NCBI GenBank assembly: GCA_963662545.2 | Contig: CAXXLL010000003.1 | Location: 800,001 to 864,000 of the forward strand | Length of the DNA stretch: 64,000 nt | Source of the DNA: Gammaproteobacteria bacterium | GTDB taxonomy: Bacteria; Pseudomonadota; Gammaproteobacteria; Ga0077536 | Reading direction: 5' to 3' | Shown: piece by piece, positions 58,598-64,000 of the stretch | How positions within the stretch are numbered: the first letter of the stretch is position 1 | Layout: the number at the start of each line of letters is the position of its first letter | Notes under the pieces: model-generated | Told to the model about the DNA's origin: nothing | Databases searched by the model: none | What the model saw: only the letters and a program-made list of their open reading frames with translations | Position numbers and translations under genes: made by a program

Positions 58598-59174
58598 ACG
58601 AACGGCCTCCTCTATGCGGGATCAGGACCGCCTGTTGTCCTTCGCGCACGATATCGCCGAGATGGAGTCCAAAGTCGTTTTTCTTGCGATCACTAAAAAA
58701 AAACTCGAGGGTGTGCGTAATCGTAGGAAAGGCCAGCTCCGACCATGGGATTTCCTGTTCATGATAGAGCTTGCATTCCAGACTTTCGCTGCCGGGAGAA
58801 AATTCCAGGGTGGGCAAAACCGCGTTAAACATCATATAGACCTGATTGATCTGCGGAAGATTGAAAACCGCGAACAAATCCAGAATTTCGACCTGCGTGG
58901 ACGCCTCCTCCAGAGTTTCACGTGCCGCCGCTTCCACGGTCGTCTCGCCGTTCTCCATGAAGCCGGCCGGGAGAGTCCACCATCCATAACGCGGCTCTAT
59001 CGCGCGCTTACACAACAGCACTTGATCGCCCCAGATGGGGATGCAGCCGGCGACAATTTTCGGATTTTCGTAGAAGATCTCTCCGCATGCTTCGCAAACG
59101 TGGCGCTGACGGTTGTCATCATCCGGAATCCGCCACGCCATGCGATCCGAACCGCACTTACTGCAGAAATTCAA
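58590..59174 (-). CDS. Nudix hydrolase with N-terminal zinc ribbon
   Basis: TTG start (M)NFCSKCG...CEACG; Nudix box GFMENGET..EAAARETLEEA. Confidence 0.9.
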   Translation of the reverse strand: MNFCSKCGSDRMAWRIPDDDNRQRHVCEACGEIFYENPKIVAGCIPIWGDQVLLCKRAIEPRYGWWTLPAGFMENGETTVEAAARETLEEASTQVEILDLFAVFNLPQINQVYMMFNAVLPTLEFSPGSESLECKLYHEQEIPWSELAFPTITHTLEFFFSDRKKNDFGLHLGDIVREGQQAVLIPHRGGRSYV

Positions 59175-59800
59175 AAAAACTCTTCCAACCCGCCGCTGGA
59201 ATCGATCGCTTCGTGGATCGAAGGCCATAAGGTATCGAGGATAAGCGGCTGGAATTCCGCCGTCGGGTGCAGCCCGTCAGCTTGAAACGCATTCTGGTTG
59301 GCCGCAAATTGCTTGAGCATGAATGGTGCATATAGGATTTCTTGATCGGCACCCAGTTGATCGAAGATCTCCTCGAATGCATCCGTGTAACGCGGTCCGT
59401 AATTGGGCGGAATGCGCACCTTGACCAAGACCACTGACGCTCCGACGAGTTTTGCGGCATCGATGGCCTGCGTAAGGTTTTTCTTGATTTCGGCGACCTT
59501 GATGCCGCGCAATCCGTCGTTTGCGCCGAGGGCGATGACTACCGTGCCGGGATTGTGCTTTACGATCAGGCTGCCGAGGCGACGGGCACCGCCCCTGGTT
59601 GTATCACCACTGATACTGGCATTCACGACCTGTTGTCGATAGCCTTCTTCGTGCATTCGTTTCTGCAACAGGCTGGGCCAGCTTTCTTCAATACTGATTC
59701 CGTAACCGGCACTCAAACTGTCACCCAGTATTAATATCGGTTTTTTGTCGGCCGCGGCCGCCGCGAATCCTATTCCCCAGATCAGCAAAAATACAAACAT
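59171..59800 (-). CDS. tesA: Arylesterase / acyl-CoA thioesterase I (SGNH hydrolase; start uncertain)
   Basis: GDSLSAGYG, NASISGDTT, LGANDGLRG, DGLHP; signal peptide. Confidence 0.9.
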   Translation of the reverse strand: MFVFLLIWGIGFAAAAADKKPILILGDSLSAGYGISIEESWPSLLQKRMHEEGYRQQVVNASISGDTTRGGARRLGSLIVKHNPGTVVIALGANDGLRGIKVAEIKKNLTQAIDAAKLVGASVVLVKVRIPPNYGPRYTDAFEEIFDQLGADQEILYAPFMLKQFAANQNAFQADGLHPTAEFQPLILDTLWPSIHEAIDSSGGLEEFF

Positions 59801-59819
59801 GAACGACCTAGGCGACGAT

Positions 59820-60491
59820 ATGGGCCACTTGATCATCGATGCGGCGGGTGTATCCAAGGTGGTCAGCGCTCCAAACGGTAAATTACGCATCCTCGATGAT
59901 ATCAATTTTGCCGTCAGGCCTCGCGAACGAGTTGCCATAACGGGCGTCTCGGGCTCGGGAAAATCGACCATGTTGGGTTTACTGGCGGGCCTCGATATCG
60001 CGTCCGAGGGTTGTGTTCGGGTGCTCGATCATTCGCTGTCGGAAATGAGCGAAGACGAAAGAGCCCTGCTCCGCCGGCACCATATCGGGTTCGTATTCCA
60101 GGCATTTCACCTGATCAGCAGTTTTACGGCGGTCGAAAACGTGATGCTACCGCTCGAACTTAAAGGTGAACCCGACGCTTTAGACAAGGCCCATCGGATG
60201 CTGGAACGCGTTGGGCTCTCCGAACGAGCGCGACACTTTCCCCGGCAAATGTCCGGCGGCGAACAACAACGCGTCGCCCTCGCGCGGGCATTCTGCACGT
60301 TTCCGGACATTTTGTTCGCGGATGAACCGACGGGAAACCTCGATGCAAAAACTGCGAACACGGTGGTGGATCTATTGTTTGATCTCAACGCAGAATTCGG
60401 CACCACATTGATCGTCGTGACGCATGACAGTCATCTCGCCGAGCGCTGCGATTGGCGAATAAGCCTGGCTGGTGGACGGATTCTTGCCTGA
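59820..60491 (+). CDS. ABC transporter ATP-binding protein (YbbA-like; start 59799 or 59820)
   Basis: GVSGSGKST, MSGGEQQRVALARA, ADEPTGNLD. Confidence 0.9.
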   Translation: MGHLIIDAAGVSKVVSAPNGKLRILDDINFAVRPRERVAITGVSGSGKSTMLGLLAGLDIASEGCVRVLDHSLSEMSEDERALLRRHHIGFVFQAFHLISSFTAVENVMLPLELKGEPDALDKAHRMLERVGLSERARHFPRQMSGGEQQRVALARAFCTFPDILFADEPTGNLDAKTANTVVDLLFDLNAEFGTTLIVVTHDSHLAERCDWRISLAGGRILA

Positions 60492-63003
60492 CACTCCCGC
60501 ATTGCCGCAACGCGGCCGCGTTTATATCGCGCAGCTTGCTTGGCGCCTGCTACTGCGAGATCTCGCAAGCGGCCGCCTGTTCATCATGCTACTTGCGAGC
60601 TTGATTGCAGTCGCCAGTACCGTTTCTGTAAATCTCCTGGTCACACGGGTCGAGCAGGTACTGGTAGCCGAATCGAGCGCGCTGCTTGCCGCGGATATCG
60701 CCATCGTGACTAACGATCCGCCTCCGCCGCGCTACGAACAAGATGCACGCGCCCTCGGTCTCGACACAGCCCGTATTGCGAGCATGAGAAGCGTAGTCAC
60801 ACACGAAGATAAATTGGAACTGGTCCGACTCAAAGCGGTTGATTCGAACTATCCGCTACGCGGGCGCCTCGACGTTGCCGAAAAGCCGTTTGCAGCGTCG
60901 ACGCGTGTCGATAGCGGCCCCGAAAGAGGAGAAGCATGGGCCGACACCAAGCTGTTCCAGCTACTCGGCGCCGAAATCGGCGACAAGGTAATGGTAGGCA
61001 GGATGCCGTTGCAACTGTCGAAGCTTGTGGTACTCGAACCTGATCGCGGAGGCGACCTTTTTTCCATCGCGCCGCGCCTGTTGATGCATCAAGACGATCT
61101 CAAGGAGACGGGACTCATTGTTGCAGGAAGCCGCGTACATTACAGAACTCTGATAGCCGGGCCGGCCGCTACGGTTTCGCGCTATCGCGACGGCCTCGAT
61201 CTACCGCCCGGCCACACTGTACTCGATCCCCGTACCGCACGTCCGGAAATGCGCTCGGCGTTCACGCAGGCCGAACGTTTCCTCGCGTTGGCGGCGTTCT
61301 CGGGCGTGCTGCTCGCGACCATAGGCATCGCGCTGGCCGCGTACAGCTATAGCGAACACCATGAAACAACCACCGCGATCGTCAAGACGCTCGGCCTCAC
61401 GCAGCGCGAAGTAAGCACCCTGTTCTTTTTCGAACTCGTTTACCTGGCGCTGCTGGCGACTTCTCTCGGTGACGCGCTTGCGTACTTCGTACATGGATTC
61501 CTGATCGATCAATTCTCGCCCAACATCATTGCGTCCGGCGTCGGCATACCGTTGATTCCGCTTCTGCACGGCGGCCTGATCGCTGTAGTCGCATTGGTCG
61601 GGTTCGGACTGCCGAGCTTGATGCGGCTCAGCGAGATTCCGGTGATGGCCATACTCGCGCGAGATCGAGTCGCGGTAACGCGCCCCGCCCTCGCGACCGC
61701 CGCCGCGATGCTGGGATCGATTCTGCTCATCGCGCCCTGGCATGTCGGGAACCCGAATCTCATCGCGCTGACTCTCTCGGGCATGCTGGGGTCGGCGGTC
61801 GTACTCGCCGCCGGGGCTTACGTCATGGTTCGACTCATGGGCCGCCTGCGCGGGCGCACCAGCATGACTTGGCGCTTCGGCCTGGCAAACATCGCAAGGC
61901 GCGCGCGACTCAGCGTGCTGCAGAGCACCGCCGTGGGCCTTGGCATTGCCATCATTCTGCTTCTGGGGCTCGTCCGTGACGAACTCATGCAGCAATGGTC
62001 CGAACGCCTGCCGCCGGACGCACCCAATCATTTTCTGATCAACGTACAGGGTGACGAAGTTTCATCTTTAACGGCGTTTCTTCGAGGCCGGGGCCTCGGC
62101 GCAACGCGCTTCTACCCAATGGTGCGCGGACGCCTTACCTCGATCAACGGCCGCGCGGTCGATGCTGAAGATTATCCCGAGCCGCGCGCCCGTCGTCTGG
62201 TCGATCGAGAATTCAACTTGTCCTGGGCAGAAACGATGAAACCGGACAACCGGCTGGTCGCCGGGCGATGGTGGAACGACGCGGTCGCCGACGGCGAATT
62301 ATCCGTTGAGGAAGGGATTGCGGAAACCCTGGGTATCGCGCTTGGCGACGTTCTTGTCTTCACAGTTGCGGGAAATCCCGTCAAGGGGCTGGTCGCCAGT
62401 CTCCGCCACGTTGATTGGGACAATTTCGAGGTCAATTTCTTCGTGGTTGCGAATTCCGCCCTTCTACAGGGTGAGCCGGCGACCTACATTACGAGTTTTC
62501 GCCTGCCTCAGGCGCGCCAATCACTCATGGGCGAACTCGTCACCCGCTATCCGAGCGTTACCGTAATAGACGTCGATGCCTTGATGCGGCAGGTGCGGAA
62601 CGTGATGGACCGCGTCTCGGGTGCGCTGATGGGGGTTTTTCTATTCGCTTTGGGCGCCGGCCTCCTGGTCCTTGCGGCCGCGGTACAGGCGAGTCAACGC
62701 GAACGCGCATTGGACACCGTGCTGCTTAAAACCCTGGGGGCCTCACACAGCTTCATTCGTCGCACGATGCTGCTCGAGTTAACCCTGCTCGGATTGCTCG
62801 CCGGCTGCGTCGCGAGCTTCGGTGCGATCGGAACAGGCTGGATACTTGCGCAAACCGTGCTGGATATTCCTTACCATCCTGGCTGGCGCATCCCGGCTCT
62901 CGGCCTTGTAGGGGGTGTCGCCGGCGTCACCCTCGTTGGCATGACGGTGCTCGGCAAGGTGCTGCGACAACCGGTCATGAGCGGCCTGCGCGAGTCCTTT
63001 TGA
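60484..63003 (+). CDS. FtsX-like ABC permease (YbbP-like; start uncertain)
   Basis: Two MacB/FtsX permease halves; LKAVD..YPLRG and PNHFLINVQ motifs. Confidence 0.9.
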   Translation: MPDTPALPQRGRVYIAQLAWRLLLRDLASGRLFIMLLASLIAVASTVSVNLLVTRVEQVLVAESSALLAADIAIVTNDPPPPRYEQDARALGLDTARIASMRSVVTHEDKLELVRLKAVDSNYPLRGRLDVAEKPFAASTRVDSGPERGEAWADTKLFQLLGAEIGDKVMVGRMPLQLSKLVVLEPDRGGDLFSIAPRLLMHQDDLKETGLIVAGSRVHYRTLIAGPAATVSRYRDGLDLPPGHTVLDPRTARPEMRSAFTQAERFLALAAFSGVLLATIGIALAAYSYSEHHETTTAIVKTLGLTQREVSTLFFFELVYLALLATSLGDALAYFVHGFLIDQFSPNIIASGVGIPLIPLLHGGLIAVVALVGFGLPSLMRLSEIPVMAILARDRVAVTRPALATAAAMLGSILLIAPWHVGNPNLIALTLSGMLGSAVVLAAGAYVMVRLMGRLRGRTSMTWRFGLANIARRARLSVLQSTAVGLGIAIILLLGLVRDELMQQWSERLPPDAPNHFLINVQGDEVSSLTAFLRGRGLGATRFYPMVRGRLTSINGRAVDAEDYPEPRARRLVDREFNLSWAETMKPDNRLVAGRWWNDAVADGELSVEEGIAETLGIALGDVLVFTVAGNPVKGLVASLRHVDWDNFEVNFFVVANSALLQGEPATYITSFRLPQARQSLMGELVTRYPSVTVIDVDALMRQVRNVMDRVSGALMGVFLFALGAGLLVLAAAVQASQRERALDTVLLKTLGASHSFIRRTMLLELTLLGLLAGCVASFGAIGTGWILAQTVLDIPYHPGWRIPALGLVGGVAGVTLVGMTVLGKVLRQPVMSGLRESF

Positions 63004-63005
63004 AC

Positions 63006-63371
63006 CTACTCCAGCCTTTCATCATCTTCCGCAGACCACGGGGGACTCACGATTGCGATGAACCGCAGCAGGGTGTCGTCGATATTTTCTATCCACTGCT
63101 CGGCGCCGCTCGGGATCAATACCGCATCACCGCTCGCCAGTTCACGCGTATCCTCCCCGATATGCATGCGCCCACGACCTGCGAGGACGTAGTAGACTTC
63201 GGTCTGTCGCAGGCGGTGGCGGTAACTGCGTTCGCCCGGGTCGACTTCAGCGACGGCGAACGAATACGGCAGTTCGACGGCGTCATTCTTCGCATGCAGC
63301 AGCTCGAAAATCCGGCACCCATCGTTGGCGATCAGAGGCGGACAGGCGGCGAAAGACTTGATCAGCATCAT
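63006..63371 (-). CDS. Cupin-domain protein
   Basis: H......EVYYVLAG.G and GDAVLIP.G cupin motifs. Confidence 0.85.
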   Translation of the reverse strand: MMLIKSFAACPPLIANDGCRIFELLHAKNDAVELPYSFAVAEVDPGERSYRHRLRQTEVYYVLAGRGRMHIGEDTRELASGDAVLIPSGAEQWIENIDDTLLRFIAIVSPPWSAEDDERLE

Positions 63372-63425
63372 CGTTTCCTTGGATTGGACGCACTCCGTCG
63401 ATCATAGCCTCTACGCCGGCACCTG

Positions 63426-64000
63426 ATGTCCCAATTGTCCGCCGCCCCCGCTTTCGAGCACGGCCGCAAACCGCGGATCGGCGTGTTGCTGTGTAACGTC
63501 GGCACGCCAGAGGCGCCGACTAGATCCGCGGTTCGACGTTATCTCGCGGAATTCTTGAGCGATCCCCGCATCGTCGAGCTACCGCGCATACTTTGGCTGC
63601 CGGTACTCTATGGGATCATCCTCAACACGAGACCACGGCGTTCGGCTGCTGCGTACGCGTCCATCTGGGAATCCGAAGGCTCTCCTCTGCTCACTGCCTC
63701 ACGGCGGCTTTGCGCGGCGCTCGAACAACGCGTTAAATCTGATCTGGGGGACGGTGTGGCTTTCGCATTGGGCATGCGCTATGGCCATCCGTCGATAGCC
63801 GCCGGCCTCGAGCAACTGATTGCAGCCGACACCCGGCGCATTCTGATCGTCCCCTTGTACCCGCAATACGCATCGGCGACGACGGGCTCGGTCTACGACG
63901 CTGTGCTGGCTTATTGCCGTGGCCTGCGCTGGGTTCCGGAACTCCGCTTCATCAATGAATATCACACGGACTCGCGATACATCAGCGCCCTTGCCGAGTC
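63426..64000 (+). CDS. hemH: Ferrochelatase (partial; runs off the window)
   Basis: MSQLS...GVLLCNVGTPEAP...VRRYLAEFLSDPRIVE, MRYGHP, PLYPQY. Confidence 0.93.
   Translation, partial: MSQLSAAPAFEHGRKPRIGVLLCNVGTPEAPTRSAVRRYLAEFLSDPRIVELPRILWLPVLYGIILNTRPRRSAAAYASIWESEGSPLLTASRRLCAALEQRVKSDLGDGVAFALGMRYGHPSIAAGLEQLIAADTRRILIVPLYPQYASATTGSVYDAVLAYCRGLRWVPELRFINEYHTDSRYISALAE

Noticed and set aside
57694-58696. Repetitive ORFs across the array
   Set aside because: The 158-bp period is not a multiple of 3, so the same peptides recur in all frames; no RBS or protein-like composition.
59745-59971. Head-to-head overlap of tesA and the ybbA-like gene as a novelty
   Set aside because: Tight or overlapping divergent tesA/ybbA is already known in Gammaproteobacteria, and the long overlap comes from over-extended ORF starts.

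Overview
Core-genome segment of a Gammaproteobacterium with moderately high GC. It contains: a minus-strand rRNA operon (16S, tRNA-Ile, tRNA-Ala, partial 23S); tyrS, M23 peptidase, anmK, erpA, argC; hemJ-thiD-thiE-hemL; fabA; a PepSY/PhoPQ-like two-component locus; rraA; the glmU-atp-parAB-rsmG-mnmG block; a GldAFG-like ABC system; glyQS-gmhB-plsC; hemB; glnA-ntrBC; lysA; rhlB-trxA-rho; an intact IS4-family element; hit-nudix-tesA, ybbAP, a cupin and partial hemH. The protein genes are mostly ordinary. The interesting content is non-coding: (1) a 158-bp tandem array of about 3.8 units whose minus strand is packed with GGA-loop hairpins typical of CsrA/RsmA sites; (2) a ~280-nt candidate structured RNA upstream of glyQ, closed by a long stem whose mismatches are G-U wobbles on one strand; (3) an intervening sequence in 23S helix 45; (4) two MITE families, one copy carrying a nested 65-bp module that shares a motif with the tandem array; (5) an ERIC-like core in the rRNA spacer. 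All calls were made by eye from the sequence and translations. No searches or folding programs were run.
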